The notes: generated from the letters alone by a model not told the origin. A DNA stretch of 64,000 nucleotides from Patescibacteria group bacterium (GCA_018813295.1 JAHJBZ010000066.1:11231-75230), one strand, 5' to 3'. Counted from the stretch's first letter, positions 9,326-19,934 are shown. Translations and numbers: made by a program.

Positions 9326-9390
9326 AAGTGTAAAAAATTAAGTAATAAATTATTTTAATTATCATTGATTTATATAAAAAAGCAATAGTA

Positions 9391-9430
9391 AAAAAAACGG
9401 CCTAAATTGAGTCGTTTTTAATGGCGGAAC
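9391..9430. repeat. 40-bp direct repeat of the tRNA-Asp 3' end plus terminator (att-like; partner 10206-10245)
   Basis: AAAAAAACGGCC(T/C)AAATTGAGTCGTTTTTAATGGCGGAAC, one mismatch between copies. Confidence 0.9.
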
Positions 9431-9449
9431 AATTTAAGAACTTTTTGAA

Positions 9450-10184
9450 TTAAAAATCGAACACTACTTTGATAATCATCAATATAGCAATGCCAATCAT
9501 AGCCTTTCTTATTAATTCATCACCATGCTTCACAGCTAAATGAGAACCAATCCACGCACCAATAAAACTTGATACAAACATTGTTGCAAGTAATGAAATC
9601 GAAACTGTTGAAGCCAAAGCAAGTATAGTCAAAGCTATTGCCGTTTCGGGTATAGCTGCAACTATGTCAGTGCTTCTTGCCTCTAGAAAACTCTTATGAA
9701 AAAAATGAACCAATACTAAAACTGCAAAAGTTGCCCCAGCCATAGCCAAAGCACCACTCCAAATACCAACAAGCAACATAAACAAAAGACCTATAATGCT
9801 CATGGCTTCCTTTTTTAAATCTTTTTTTGGTTTTGCAGGCTTAAGCAAAAAGAATATGCCAACAAAGACACCAATGATGATGATGTACCTCAATAAGCCC
9901 TCAGGTAACCTGACGACGAGATTTGCACCAAAGAAAGATCCGATGCCTAACGGTATCATAATGATCAGTGCCAACTTCCAATTAATACTTTTTGATTTGT
10001 GATAGCCTCGTAATGCACCAATCACAACTCCAAGATCAGACATTCTATTTAAGGCAAGGGTGTTTATCGGTGGAATGCCAAAGGCAAGCATAGTAGGTAT
10101 AGCAAAAACGCCAGCACCCCCAGAAATAGAAGTTACAATTCCCATAACCAATCCCAACGCAGCAATGGATAAAAACTCAATCAT
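9450..10184 (-). CDS. TauE/SafE (TSUP) family transporter
   Basis: SGGAGVFAIP motif, ~8 TM helices; likely start MIEFL at 10184. Confidence 0.85.
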   Translation of the reverse strand: MIEFLSIAALGLVMGIVTSISGGAGVFAIPTMLAFGIPPINTLALNRMSDLGVVIGALRGYHKSKSINWKLALIIMIPLGIGSFFGANLVVRLPEGLLRYIIIIGVFVGIFFLLKPAKPKKDLKKEAMSIIGLLFMLLVGIWSGALAMAGATFAVLVLVHFFHKSFLEARSTDIVAAIPETAIALTILALASTVSISLLATMFVSSFIGAWIGSHLAVKHGDELIRKAMIGIAILMIIKVVFDF

Positions 10185-10236
10185 GGATACAGTATACCAA
10201 ATTACAAAAAAACGGCCCAAATTGAGTCGTTTTTAA

Positions 10237-10313
10237 TGGCGGAACGGACGGGACTTGAACCCGCGACCTCCTGCGTGACAGGCAGGCGTTCTAACCAACT
10301 GAACTACCGCTCC
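10237..10313 (-). tRNA. tRNA-Asp(GTC)
   Basis: GGAGCGGTAGTTCAGTTGGTTAGAACGCCTGCCT-GTC-ACGCAGGAGGTCGCGGGTTCAAGTCCCGTCCGTTCCGCCA cloverleaf with encoded CCA. Confidence 0.98.
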
Positions 10314-10361
10314 AAAGCTACGATATTGTATAGGATCACTCTATTTTTGTAAATATGAAAT

Positions 10362-10865
10362 TTAAACCTCACCAAAGGCAACTACGTAGTTCTTACCGTA
10401 GTGTTTAGCACATTTTGGACATGTAGTATAAAAGAAATAGAGCTTTTTTTGCTCTTTGCCTTTTGATTTAACAAATTCCCCCATTTCCTTCACCCATTTA
10501 CCTGCATCTTTGAAAGGTCCTTCAAAAACTTTTGATAGATAGACACCGGAAAGCTTAATCATTTCCATACCTGGTACATCTTTGTTAACCGCAAAATAAT
10601 GTTCACCTTTCCATGGGGAAGGGTCGTATGAAAGAGTTATAAAGGCCTCGTCCATTGCATTGGCATCCATAATTTTTTTAAATGAACCTTTGTACATAGA
10701 TCCCATATTGAGGGGAAAATGGAAAAAATTAATAGTAGTTGCTTTTGCAAAAAGCTTGTTATCAAAAATAAACTCCTTATCATTCCACGGAGCAGGATCA
10801 AATCGCGGACAACAACCTGTTTCATTGTCATCCATATTGATTTTTGGTATTTCGTTTATATCCAT
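10362..10865 (-). CDS. Conserved hypothetical protein (GyrI-like/'hydrolase' family with CC and CPKC motifs)
   Basis: GCCPRFDP..W, SKVFEGPF, YTTCPKCAKHYGKNYVV. Confidence 0.65.
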   Translation of the reverse strand: MDINEIPKINMDDNETGCCPRFDPAPWNDKEFIFDNKLFAKATTINFFHFPLNMGSMYKGSFKKIMDANAMDEAFITLSYDPSPWKGEHYFAVNKDVPGMEMIKLSGVYLSKVFEGPFKDAGKWVKEMGEFVKSKGKEQKKLYFFYTTCPKCAKHYGKNYVVAFGEV

Positions 10866-10908
10866 GATAAATAAATTAGATTATTCACACGAAATATACC
10901 ATGAAACA

Positions 10909-11211
10909 TTACCCATTAATACCAGCCCTCTTTAAACACTCAACTACTCGTGTTCTTACAGGTGGCGGTAGTTCAAAAACAGAACTGATCCCCCCCCTCC
11001 TTAATAAGGCATTAGTTTCTTCGCGAACAATAATCTCCGCCATTATTCTTTCACCTAAAGAAGCAAAATTACACGCTCTTCTACCAACTCTAGCCTGAAA
11101 AGAATCATCTGCTCCAACTGGTGTCCGATCAACCAATCCACCTCTTGACCTAACAGCCTGATCCAACCATTCCCTTTGATCTGCATAGCCCTGCCTAAAA
11201 CCTTCAAACAT
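10909..11211 (-). CDS. Hypothetical protein
   Basis: 100-aa ORF, ATG after an A/T-rich leader; no recognisable motif. Confidence 0.55.
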   Translation of the reverse strand: MFEGFRQGYADQREWLDQAVRSRGGLVDRTPVGADDSFQARVGRRACNFASLGERIMAEIIVREETNALLRRGGISSVFELPPPVRTRVVECLKRAGING

Positions 11212-11367
11212 AAAAATTTATTACAGAAAAAATATAGTCTTCAAAACATAACACTATCAAACTATTTATTAATACAATTTAAATTACAAAGTTCTTTTTA
11301 AATATTTTCCTATCTTATTGATTATAAAGCATTTTTATGGTATAATTTATTAATTATAATAATTATT

Positions 11368-12042
11368 ATGCCAGAAACAGAAAAAATCAGAGAAAAAATT
11401 GATCCATTGAAACTCGATTATATCAATGGAATTCGTGCAAAAATCAACGCATTAATAAAAAAGGCTGTAATGGTAGGAGGGGCAGGGCTTTTAGTTGGAA
11501 CGATCGCTGGTACAGCAGCACAAAAAGAATATCGTGATTGGGTAGGTGATGACTATGAAGATACAGAGCAAGGGGGAAAGGGGCAGCAGGCACCACTTAA
11601 TGAACAAGAACCTGAATATGGCATACTTTCAGAAGCCAGAAGAAAAGTAGGTGCTGTAAAAGATGCCATTGCAGGTAAAGTTGGAGAAGAAATGGAAAAT
11701 ACTGAAACAGTACAAAAAATAAGAGAACTGGAAACGGCTTACCATAAATTACGAGAAACAGGTGACAAGGCCTCTTTTTGGATACCATTTCTTATGGCCT
11801 TTCTTGCAACAGTAAAACTGTTAAACATAAGCATTGAAGCAAAAAAGAAATTAACTGAAAATGTAGACCCTCAAGTTGAAGTCAACATGAAAAAAATAGA
11901 AGAAAAACTGAATGAATTAATTAAAAGAATGAATGATTTGTCCCAAAAAGAACAGCTCTCTATTGAAGAACAAGGATCTATTCGAAAAGAAGTAGATAGA
12001 TTAATGGAAGAAATGACTCAAATAAAAGAATCATTATCTTAA
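11368..12042 (+). CDS. Hypothetical membrane/coiled-coil protein
   Basis: Two hydrophobic segments and a coiled-coil tail; TTGATT..TATAAT promoter upstream. Confidence 0.7.
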   Translation: MPETEKIREKIDPLKLDYINGIRAKINALIKKAVMVGGAGLLVGTIAGTAAQKEYRDWVGDDYEDTEQGGKGQQAPLNEQEPEYGILSEARRKVGAVKDAIAGKVGEEMENTETVQKIRELETAYHKLRETGDKASFWIPFLMAFLATVKLLNISIEAKKKLTENVDPQVEVNMKKIEEKLNELIKRMNDLSQKEQLSIEEQGSIRKEVDRLMEEMTQIKESLS

Positions 12043-12959
12043 AACAAATTCCCTAAATCTTTTTTCATATTTTCAGCAGCTTCGCGAGCTGCCTCTGCAT
12101 AAGCCTCACCTGGCTTTCCTTGCTTTTCATAAGCAAAAATAATTCCACGGGATGAATTCACAATGGCACCAGTACCATTATTATGAAAACAAGGCTTCAC
12201 ATCTTCCGCTCCCCCACCTTGCGCACCATAGCCAGGCACTAAAAAGATTTGATTTGGCATAAGGTTACGAAGCACACGTGCTTCTTCTGGGTATGTAGCA
12301 CCAATAACAGCACCAACTGATGAAAACCCACTATCACCGATAAGATCACGCCCCCAACCTTCAACAAGAGTCGCCACATGCTCATCCATTAGATGGTCAC
12401 CAAGTGCCTGACCTTGAATTTCATCTGCAGAAGGATTGGATGTGCGCACTAAAACAAAAATGCCTTTACCTTGCTCTTGGCAGACTTTGGTAAATGGAAC
12501 AATGCCATCAGTTCCAAGATATGGAGTAACTGTTAATGCATCCGCATTGATTCCAGGAACTTCTTCGCCAAAAAGATCGATCGTACCGATATGCGCAGCA
12601 GCATATGCTGTAGCAGTAGAACCGATATCATTACGCTTAGCGTCACCTATTACAAGCATTCCTTTTTCATGCGCATAACTAACGGTGTCTTCATAAGCTT
12701 TTAATCCTTCATGTCCATAATATTCATAAAAAGCAATCTGAGGTTTAACTGCTGGAACAATATCTGAAACAGCATCAATAATACCCATATTAAATTCCAA
12801 AATTGCTGCTGCTGCAGCTTCTTTGGTTTCACCAAATTCATCAACAGCTTTTTCTTTAATGAAATCAGGAATTTGAGCAAGGCGTGGATCAAGACCAACA
12901 ACTGTTGGATTGTTTAATTCACTAATGCGATTTATTAATCTATCTGCGAAATGTATCAT
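12039..12959 (-). CDS. pyrF: Orotidine-5'-phosphate decarboxylase
   Basis: VGLDP, VKPQIAF, DAKRNDIGST, RTSNP, GAVIGAT, LVPGYGAQGG, NSSRGI. Confidence 0.97.
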   Translation of the reverse strand: MIHFADRLINRISELNNPTVVGLDPRLAQIPDFIKEKAVDEFGETKEAAAAAILEFNMGIIDAVSDIVPAVKPQIAFYEYYGHEGLKAYEDTVSYAHEKGMLVIGDAKRNDIGSTATAYAAAHIGTIDLFGEEVPGINADALTVTPYLGTDGIVPFTKVCQEQGKGIFVLVRTSNPSADEIQGQALGDHLMDEHVATLVEGWGRDLIGDSGFSSVGAVIGATYPEEARVLRNLMPNQIFLVPGYGAQGGGAEDVKPCFHNNGTGAIVNSSRGIIFAYEKQGKPGEAYAEAAREAAENMKKDLGNLF

Positions 12960-13084
12960 AATATTAATTTTTAATTTTTAATTCGAAATTTTTAATCAAT
13001 TTTCATTGTAATAATGTTTAAATTTTTAAAACATTAGAAATTCAGACATTCAATAAAAATTAAAAACTAAAAATTAAAAATTAA

Positions 13085-13894
13085 TCAAGCCGTCTGATTA
13101 TGGAAAAAAGATTCATTTTCTTTGAGCCTTAAACGTATTTCATGTGCTTCGTTTTTGGCTTTATCATTATAAGGCTCTACTGTAAGAATTTTTTCATATG
13201 TAAAAAGGGAATTATCATAATCTTCATCAGCCCGACAGGAATCAGCTAGTAAAAAAAGATAATTCACATCGCGAGGCTTTAGTTCAGCTGCACGACGAAA
13301 GCATTCCGCCGCAACTGAATAGTACATAAGTAGATGATAAAGCTTTCCTAAGGCTAGCAATTTCCTATCATCTTTTTCATCCAATTCAACAGCACGTACA
13401 TACATTTGAATCGCATCTTTATAGCGTCTTTTTTTAACAAAAATTTTACCAAGATTTTCATAAATATCGGGATTATCAGGATCTGTTTCAAGCAAACGAC
13501 GATACAAAGTCTCCGCTTTCCTAAAATCACCACTATCCATACAAACTTTTGCCAATTTTAAAGAAATAGGCAGCTCATCCTTTGCAAAAGAAGTTGCCTG
13601 AATAAGATGTTTTTTTGCCTCATTCCATTGTTGTTTCGCAATGGCCAATTCAGCATGCCTCATTTCCTCTTTATACCGATTAAAATTGAACTTTGTTTCT
13701 GGGTTTTCTTTAGCTAATTCATCTTTAAAACGCTTTTTGCTCTCGACTTGTTCTATTTTTCGATTTTCATGAACTTTGGTAGAAATTTTTTCTTTAAACT
13801 CCTTTTTTTCAGTACGTCTAAAAATAACATTACGCCGACTAGCAATAATAATAATCGCGAGGAGTGCCAATAGAAATATATATAATTGAGACAT
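13085..13894 (-). CDS. Membrane-anchored TPR protein
   Basis: N-terminal TM helix and several TPR-like repeats. Confidence 0.85.
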   Translation of the reverse strand: MSQLYIFLLALLAIIIIASRRNVIFRRTEKKEFKEKISTKVHENRKIEQVESKKRFKDELAKENPETKFNFNRYKEEMRHAELAIAKQQWNEAKKHLIQATSFAKDELPISLKLAKVCMDSGDFRKAETLYRRLLETDPDNPDIYENLGKIFVKKRRYKDAIQMYVRAVELDEKDDRKLLALGKLYHLLMYYSVAAECFRRAAELKPRDVNYLFLLADSCRADEDYDNSLFTYEKILTVEPYNDKAKNEAHEIRLRLKENESFFHNQTA

Positions 13895-14014
13895 AAGCTA
13901 AACAACAAAAACATTTAGAATTTCGTATTTCAGATTTCGCATTCAAATGCAAAATGCGAATTCAGAAATGCAAAATATTAAGGTTTGTTTTTGTTTTTGT
14001 TTTTATAATAAAGG

Positions 14015-14971
14015 CTATCGCTCGGTCAGAAGAAAAAAGTTTTCTAAAGCCAATTTTTTATTTGTGTTTCGTTCAATAAGATAGCGTGTTTTTTCTAAAG
14101 ATTCAAATAGATTAGCTATATCTTCTAAAGTAAATCGCGATTTTAATGCATGATTATCACTAGAAAGATATTCATAAACTAATTTTCTCAAGTAACGTGA
14201 AAAAGCATCGAAAAAAAGTTCTAATTGTTCTGGTTCCTGATCCAAAGTTTCGACAAACATAAATTTTTGCGAAAGGTTATTCTTTTTCAAAAAAAACTCG
14301 ATTTGATTATAGATACTTCTCTGCTCAGTCAAAATCGTAGGACTTTTTATCAGATTAATAGCTAAACCCGGACGTCCTTGCGAAATTTGAATTATTTCAT
14401 CAAGATCGGAATTATCGCCAAATTTCTCCTGTAAGTATTTTTTCAAAACACCATCTTCAACACTATAAAAAGAATATCTTCTTACGCGAGATTTGATAGT
14501 GGGCAGTACTTGATTAATTTTATTGGAAGTTAATATAAAAATTGTTTTACCAGCCGGCTCTTCAAGTGTTTTTAAAAAAGAATTCTGAGCCTCAATAGGC
14601 ATTCTTTCAATGTTTTCAATTAGTATTATCCTGTGTTTGCCATAAGAGGTGAGGTTAGTTTTATGTATTAAATCACGTACATCATCGATTTTTATAGTTT
14701 CACCATTGTCAGTCATCACAATCATGTCTGGGTGTGAGCCGCTTTGAATCAATTTGCAATCTTGGCAGGTATGACAAAGATCATTTGGACACTGCAAAAT
14801 ATTCGCAAACATCCTGGCTATTCGAAATATACCAACATCTTTTGGGCCTGAAAAAAGATATGCATGAGAAATATTATTTTCAGCAATTTCCTTTTCCAGC
14901 TGCTGCAATTGCTTCTTATGCCCAATTGTATCCCATTTATATAGCATTTGATTATCGGTTTTCTGAGACAT
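14015..14971 (-). CDS. holB: DNA polymerase III delta' subunit
   Basis: HAYLFSG, degenerate Walker A, C..C..C..C zinc site, HPD, NSFLKTLEEP, TIKSR; start 14971 or 14947. Confidence 0.9.
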   Translation of the reverse strand: MSQKTDNQMLYKWDTIGHKKQLQQLEKEIAENNISHAYLFSGPKDVGIFRIARMFANILQCPNDLCHTCQDCKLIQSGSHPDMIVMTDNGETIKIDDVRDLIHKTNLTSYGKHRIILIENIERMPIEAQNSFLKTLEEPAGKTIFILTSNKINQVLPTIKSRVRRYSFYSVEDGVLKKYLQEKFGDNSDLDEIIQISQGRPGLAINLIKSPTILTEQRSIYNQIEFFLKKNNLSQKFMFVETLDQEPEQLELFFDAFSRYLRKLVYEYLSSDNHALKSRFTLEDIANLFESLEKTRYLIERNTNKKLALENFFLLTER

Positions 14972-15024
14972 TTCTGAGACATTATTATACACTATTTTCT
15001 TACATGGCCAACCGCATTCGTAAT

Positions 15025-15077
15025 TTGTGTTTAGTGATTGGTGGCACGAGGCACTAGGCACCAGGCACGAGGCACAA
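15025..15077. repeat. Heptamer array GGCACNA x5 with a decayed inverted arm
   Basis: GGCACGA GGCACTA GGCACCA GGCACGA GGCACAA at 15043-15077. Confidence 0.85.
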
Positions 15078-15150
15078 AATTACCTTGTAATTAACCCAAA
15101 AATTCACTAAAATAACTGGGCTTGCGTTTCGAATGTAGAACTTAAGTCAA

Positions 15151-15235
15151 GCCTGGGTGGTGAAATTGGTATACACGAAAGACTTAAAATCTTTTTCCTT
15201 CGGGAGTGAGGGTTCGAGTCCCTCCCCAGGCACCA
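15151..15235 (+). tRNA. tRNA-Leu(TAA)
   Basis: GCCTGGG acceptor stem, AAAGA-CT-TAA-AA-TCTTT anticodon arm, long variable arm, GGTTCGAGTCC, CCA end. Confidence 0.97.
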
Positions 15236-15303
15236 GACGAAAGCGGTGCGGTCCGCCGCAGTACGCGATAACGGAGGTAGGCGGGCCATTAAAATCAACC
15301 AAT

Positions 15304-15783
15304 ATGGATAAACTAATAAAAAAACCGGTAAAAAACTTCATGACAAAAGATGTCATTGCAGTAAAAAAAGAAGATAGCATCAAGAATGTTTTTAAATTAA
15401 TGGACGAAAATGAAATACTTGGGATTCCAGTAGTTGATGATGATAATCAACCAATCGGAATGGTAACTGAAAGTGATCTTATAAAACATTTCACAACAAT
15501 TAAAACACCTAAGGGAATTAATTTATTAGGTAGCATTGTTTTCCTGGATGACATCAGCAAATTCAATGAAAATCTAAAAGATCATTGTGCGGAATCAGTA
15601 GGGGATATAATGACAGACGTAGCAATTACAATTAACGAAGACACTCAGCTTATAGATGCAATAGACTTAATGGCACAATATAATCTAAACAGGCTTCCTG
15701 TTGTGGATAAAAAGAACAAATTGACCGGTATTATCACTCGAACAGATATAGTTCATCAACTTGCCAAATCAAAACATATATAA
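15304..15783 (+). CDS. CBS domain pair protein
   Basis: VKNFMT..IPVVDD..GMVTESD and VGDIMT..LPVVD..GIITRTD; the ORF-track start lies inside the tRNA, so the true start is ATG 15304. Confidence 0.9.
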   Translation: MDKLIKKPVKNFMTKDVIAVKKEDSIKNVFKLMDENEILGIPVVDDDNQPIGMVTESDLIKHFTTIKTPKGINLLGSIVFLDDISKFNENLKDHCAESVGDIMTDVAITINEDTQLIDAIDLMAQYNLNRLPVVDKKNKLTGIITRTDIVHQLAKSKHI

Positions 15784-15910
15784 TTACAAAATTAAAAATT
15801 CAAGATTACAAAATTAACTAGCATTTCATTTTTTATACACTAAAATAATCTTGTAATTTTCAATTTTCTAATCTTGTAATGAAAATTTTATTTCATAAAA
15901 TTTTAAAAAA

Positions 15911-16564
15911 ATGGAGCAGTACACAATTGAAGTAACACAAGGAGTTTATGCAACTGCAAAAGAAGCTAGAAATGCAGACCGCGTTCCTATGATTTATTAT
16001 GGAAAAGGAGTTGAACCAACAAATTTTTCCGCTGATTACCAGGATTTTAAACGCTTATACAAAAAAGCAGGGAAAAGTGCGATCATAACCCTTATTAATG
16101 AGAGCAAAAAAGAGTTTCATGTTCTGGTTCACGAAATTCAATACGACCCAGTTAGTGATGAAATGATTCATATCGATCTCATGGCAGTTGATCTTAACAA
16201 ACCGATTACAACAGAGGTACCTTTGGTGTTCATTGGCCAAGCACCTGCTGTAAAAGATCTAAATGGTACTTTCATGAGTGGTAAAGATCGCGTAATGGTT
16301 GAATGTTTACCTAAAGACTTAGTTCACGAAATTGAAGTGGATATCAGTCCTCTTGTTGATTTCCACAGCGGTCTTACAATAGCAGATATCAATGCTCCTG
16401 AAGGTGTTAGAATCCTAGATGCAGAAGATATCAGCATCGCAACCGTTTCTGCTCCACGCGCAGAGGAAGTAGAAGTAGTAGCTCCTACTGAAAAAACTGC
16501 TGAAGGCGAAGAAGGTGAAGCTCCCGCTAAAGGCGAAGAGGAAAAAGAGGAAGGAGGTGAGTAA
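15911..16564 (+). CDS. rplY: 50S ribosomal protein L25/Ctc
   Basis: RVPMIYYG, EIQYDPV..IHIDL, VPLVFIG.A, acidic tail. Confidence 0.93.
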   Translation: MEQYTIEVTQGVYATAKEARNADRVPMIYYGKGVEPTNFSADYQDFKRLYKKAGKSAIITLINESKKEFHVLVHEIQYDPVSDEMIHIDLMAVDLNKPITTEVPLVFIGQAPAVKDLNGTFMSGKDRVMVECLPKDLVHEIEVDISPLVDFHSGLTIADINAPEGVRILDAEDISIATVSAPRAEEVEVVAPTEKTAEGEEGEAPAKGEEEKEEGGE

Positions 16565-16575
16565 TTTTCTCAACT

Positions 16576-17277
16576 ATGAAATTCAAGGCCGATAATAAAA
16601 TTTTTGAAAATTATCCAGATTTTATTGACGGTATTTTAGTGGTAAAAAATATCGATAATAACGGCACTAATCCAGAAATTACTGAGCTATTAAGAAAAAT
16701 AGAAAAAGAAATAAGAGAAATTACGGATATTGAATCAGTAAATTCACATCCTAAAATTGCGGCATGGAGAGAAGCTCACAGGAAATTTGGGAATAATCCA
16801 AAAAAATCCCCACCATCGGTACAAGCTATATTCGGTAGGGTTTATAAAGGTGGTGAATTACCAATAATTAATAAATTAGTAGATTTATATAACTACATCT
16901 CTTTAAAATATGTCGTTCCTGCTGGTGGTGAAAATTTAGACAAATGTGTAGGCGATATCGAATTAACTTATGCTGATGGTGACGAAGAATTCATTGAATT
17001 AGAATCAGTAGAAAATAGACCGCCTGAAACGGGGGAGGTGGTTTATAAAGATCAGGCAGGAGTCATTTGCAGAAAATTTAATTGGCGCGAAGCAGACAGA
17101 ACAAAATTAAGTGAAAATACAAAAAATGCTGTGTTGGTTATAGAAGGTCTGTCACCAGTAACCAGAGATGAGCTTCAGCGAACATTAGATGAATTACAGG
17201 AATTAGTGCAAAAATATTGCGGTGGTGAAAGTAATAGTTATATTTTAGATCAGGATAACCGAGAAATAGAGATTTAG
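16576..17277 (+). CDS. B3/B4 domain protein (PheRS-beta editing-like)
   Basis: WREAHRKFG..PSVQA, INKLVDLYNYISL, CRKFNWRE. Confidence 0.9.
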   Translation: MKFKADNKIFENYPDFIDGILVVKNIDNNGTNPEITELLRKIEKEIREITDIESVNSHPKIAAWREAHRKFGNNPKKSPPSVQAIFGRVYKGGELPIINKLVDLYNYISLKYVVPAGGENLDKCVGDIELTYADGDEEFIELESVENRPPETGEVVYKDQAGVICRKFNWREADRTKLSENTKNAVLVIEGLSPVTRDELQRTLDELQELVQKYCGGESNSYILDQDNREIEI

Positions 17278-17288
17278 CCTAGATATCT

Positions 17289-18299
17289 ATGCATCTTTCA
17301 GAATTCGACTACAATCTTCCAAAAGAATTCATCGCCCAAAGACCATTAGAGAACCGCGATGAATCAAAATTGATGGTGCTAAATCGCGCTGACCAAACAA
17401 TCGAGCACCATCAGTTTTTTGAGTTGCCAGATATTTTGAGTCCGGACTCCGTTTTGGTTTTTAATGAATCAAAAGTGATTCCAGCTCGGCTCAAATTTAA
17501 ATTGGGCAACGGTAATGCAGAGATATTATTAATTAAACCAAGCTCCGATAACACCTGGGAGTGTATGGTAAAACCAGGGCACAAATTTGGACCAAAAACC
17601 GACATTCAAATAGATTCGGAATTAAACGCACATGTAAAAGATATTACCCCCCACGGTTTAAGAGTTATAAAATTTCACTGTGATGACTTCGACGCCTATC
17701 TCAAAAAACACGGTCACACTCCTACCCCACCCTATATAAAGGAAGAAGTAAGTGACCCGGAAAAATATCAGACGATTTACGCAAAAACCGAAGGTTCGGT
17801 CGCCGCACCAACAGCCGGTTTCCATTTTACGGATAAAGTTTTTAAAGGATTAAAAGAAAAAGGAATCCAGACTGAATTCATTACACTTCATGTAGGCCTT
17901 GGGACATTCCAACCGGTAAAAGTAGATAAAATTACCGAGCATAAAATGCACAGTGAGTGGTTTAGTTTGCCGGAAGATGTTGCTGAGAGGCTAAATAAAG
18001 CAAAAGAGGAAGGCAAAAAAATCATTGCTGTAGGTACAACATCAATCCGTGTACTCGAATCATGTGCGGATAACGGAGTTTTGATTCCGAAATGCGGTGA
18101 AACTGACATTTTTATTTACCCGGGATACAAATGGAAATTCGTAAACCAAATGATTACAAATTTTCACGTACCAAAAAGCACACTCCTTATGCTCGTAAGC
18201 TCATTTGCAAATCGGGACTTTATCCTAAAAGCATACGAAACAGCCAAAGAAAAAAAATATAGGTTCTTTAGTTTTGGCGATGCCATGCTTATAAAATAA
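17289..18299 (+). CDS. queA: SAM:tRNA ribosyltransferase-isomerase
   Basis: FDYNLP..IAQ, YQTIYA..GSVAAPTAG, AVGTT, TNFH.P.STL, YRFFSFGDAM. Confidence 0.98.
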   Translation: MHLSEFDYNLPKEFIAQRPLENRDESKLMVLNRADQTIEHHQFFELPDILSPDSVLVFNESKVIPARLKFKLGNGNAEILLIKPSSDNTWECMVKPGHKFGPKTDIQIDSELNAHVKDITPHGLRVIKFHCDDFDAYLKKHGHTPTPPYIKEEVSDPEKYQTIYAKTEGSVAAPTAGFHFTDKVFKGLKEKGIQTEFITLHVGLGTFQPVKVDKITEHKMHSEWFSLPEDVAERLNKAKEEGKKIIAVGTTSIRVLESCADNGVLIPKCGETDIFIYPGYKWKFVNQMITNFHVPKSTLLMLVSSFANRDFILKAYETAKEKKYRFFSFGDAMLIK

Positions 18300-18305
18300 T
18301 TAATT

Positions 18306-18632
18306 TTAATTTACAGCATTTCGTTTTTTGAGATATGTAATCCAAAGACTAAGCATTATATTGGTTCTAAGATCGGGAGATAGGGAAAGATAACCTGAAG
18401 GAAACCCACAAAAAGCCTCAGATAATTCTTCTATTTGTTCTATAGAAAACTGAGCTAATTTTTGACCTTCAGGATCAGTTAATTGATAACGAAGGTTTAA
18501 TAAAAATTGCAAATCTGAACTCGGTAATTCTGCGATTCCTGTTCGCGACTGATCTGCTATATCCCTAAGTCTTCTTACATCCGATTCAAAACATTCAGGA
18601 TCTATTTTTGGTAAATTTATACTTTATGACAT
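18306..18632 (-). pseudogene. Probable pseudogene, last member of the 18306-20645 paralogue array
   Basis: ATG-TCA-TAA, then an open frame continuous with the 18306-18512 ORF; weak similarity to neighbours (LPSSDLQFLLNLR vs LKTSDFRVILELR). Confidence 0.55.
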
Positions 18633-18644
18633 AAAAAAATTTGT

Positions 18645-19193
18645 TTAAGCATTAGAATGTTTTTCAATTAAATTCATAATTCTTATATGACCATTTTCTA
18701 AACCAGATAAAAATACTTTCAAATCTTCTGATTTATGGGAAATCGGAAAAGCAAAATGTTCAGTAATATATATCAATGCACGATCCATACGACATAATAA
18801 CTCAAGAGGAAATTGGACTCCTAATATCTCCACTATATACATTGCATAAAAAAAATCAGTAATACATTTTACATCTTCAGGACACAAAACATTTCTTTGT
18901 GTTTTCATTTTATCAACCACCATTTCCAGCAATTCTACAGCTGCTGATATCTCTTCAGAAGATTCATATTCCTTAAAATCCGGAATATCAGCAGTATATA
19001 ACCTCGCTCTAATTTCCATTAAAGTATTTCGCGCTTCATGGGTAAAATCTATCAGCGCAAAATCCAATAAAAAACCAACAACGGAAAGTGCTTGATTTGC
19101 CTGGTCTGAATCTAAACAGTCAATGTGATCAGCAACCAACTCACGCAACTGCGAAAGAACAATAATATCATCCGATTCTGGTGGTTTTGTCAC
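18645..19193 (-). CDS. Hypothetical helical protein (paralogue array); start uncertain
   Basis: Frame stays open upstream to ~19280 (SKNRPDAVKIIGDLE resembles SVDRPNLEVAVENLE) but has no ATG there. Confidence 0.6.
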   Translation of the reverse strand: MTKPPESDDIIVLSQLRELVADHIDCLDSDQANQALSVVGFLLDFALIDFTHEARNTLMEIRARLYTADIPDFKEYESSEEISAAVELLEMVVDKMKTQRNVLCPEDVKCITDFFYAMYIVEILGVQFPLELLCRMDRALIYITEHFAFPISHKSEDLKVFLSGLENGHIRIMNLIEKHSNA

Positions 19194-19282
19194 TCCGGTA
19201 TTAACATACTTAGCACCAACTGCTTCCAGATCACCAATGATTTTTACTGCATCCGGTCGATTCTTTGAGAGATATTTAAAAA

Positions 19283-19912
19283 CTATTCAGTATCTTCTTC
19301 GCGATCAATCAAAGATTTAACTCTTTGGTGTGTAAATTTAAGTCCCTGAAAATAACCACTCAAAGGCAATTCCCCGCCAACGGTGATAGGAGACATATCT
19401 AAATACAACAACGCATCAGCAAGACGCTGTAGATGGTCCAATGAAATATCATCGCCACTAGCTAAAAGCTCATCAACAGCCATTAAACTTTGACCAAAAG
19501 CAATAGTATCCCTGGAAGGCAAATCCTCCTGCGTCCTAATCTGCTCTACCATAGCAAGAAAAGAACTAATGGATTCATCTACACTTTCATCTTCTTCTCC
19601 CTCGCCATCAAGTGTTAATTTGAGCTGTGAACGATATCGGGCTAATTCATCCTTCATTCTTTCAATAAAAATCCTCTGATTTTCGTTCAATCCTGCCCTC
19701 CTTAATAAATGTTTTAATACCTGACGTGTTCGATCTATTAAATCATCATCTAATAAATCAAAACCACCACCAATCATACTGCATGACCTCATAATCAATT
19801 TAAAATTATCATCGGTTAATAACAATTTTTCAGGTGATTTGGGATAATTTTCTGGTAACGTTTCCAGATTTTCAACGGCTACCTCTAGATTTGGTCTGTC
19901 TACGGAAGGCAT
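19283..19912 (-). CDS. Hypothetical helical protein (paralogue array)
   Basis: 209 aa; shares the MPS start and L.DAL.YL motif with 19935-20645. Confidence 0.7.
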   Translation of the reverse strand: MPSVDRPNLEVAVENLETLPENYPKSPEKLLLTDDNFKLIMRSCSMIGGGFDLLDDDLIDRTRQVLKHLLRRAGLNENQRIFIERMKDELARYRSQLKLTLDGEGEEDESVDESISSFLAMVEQIRTQEDLPSRDTIAFGQSLMAVDELLASGDDISLDHLQRLADALLYLDMSPITVGGELPLSGYFQGLKFTHQRVKSLIDREEDTE

Positions 19913-19934
19913 GATTGCGAGTTAATAATTAAAA

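Noticed and set aside
15107..15383. ORFs overlapping tRNA-Leu and the N-terminal extension of the CBS protein
   Set aside because: They run through the tRNA gene; the CBS domain starts at ATG 15304
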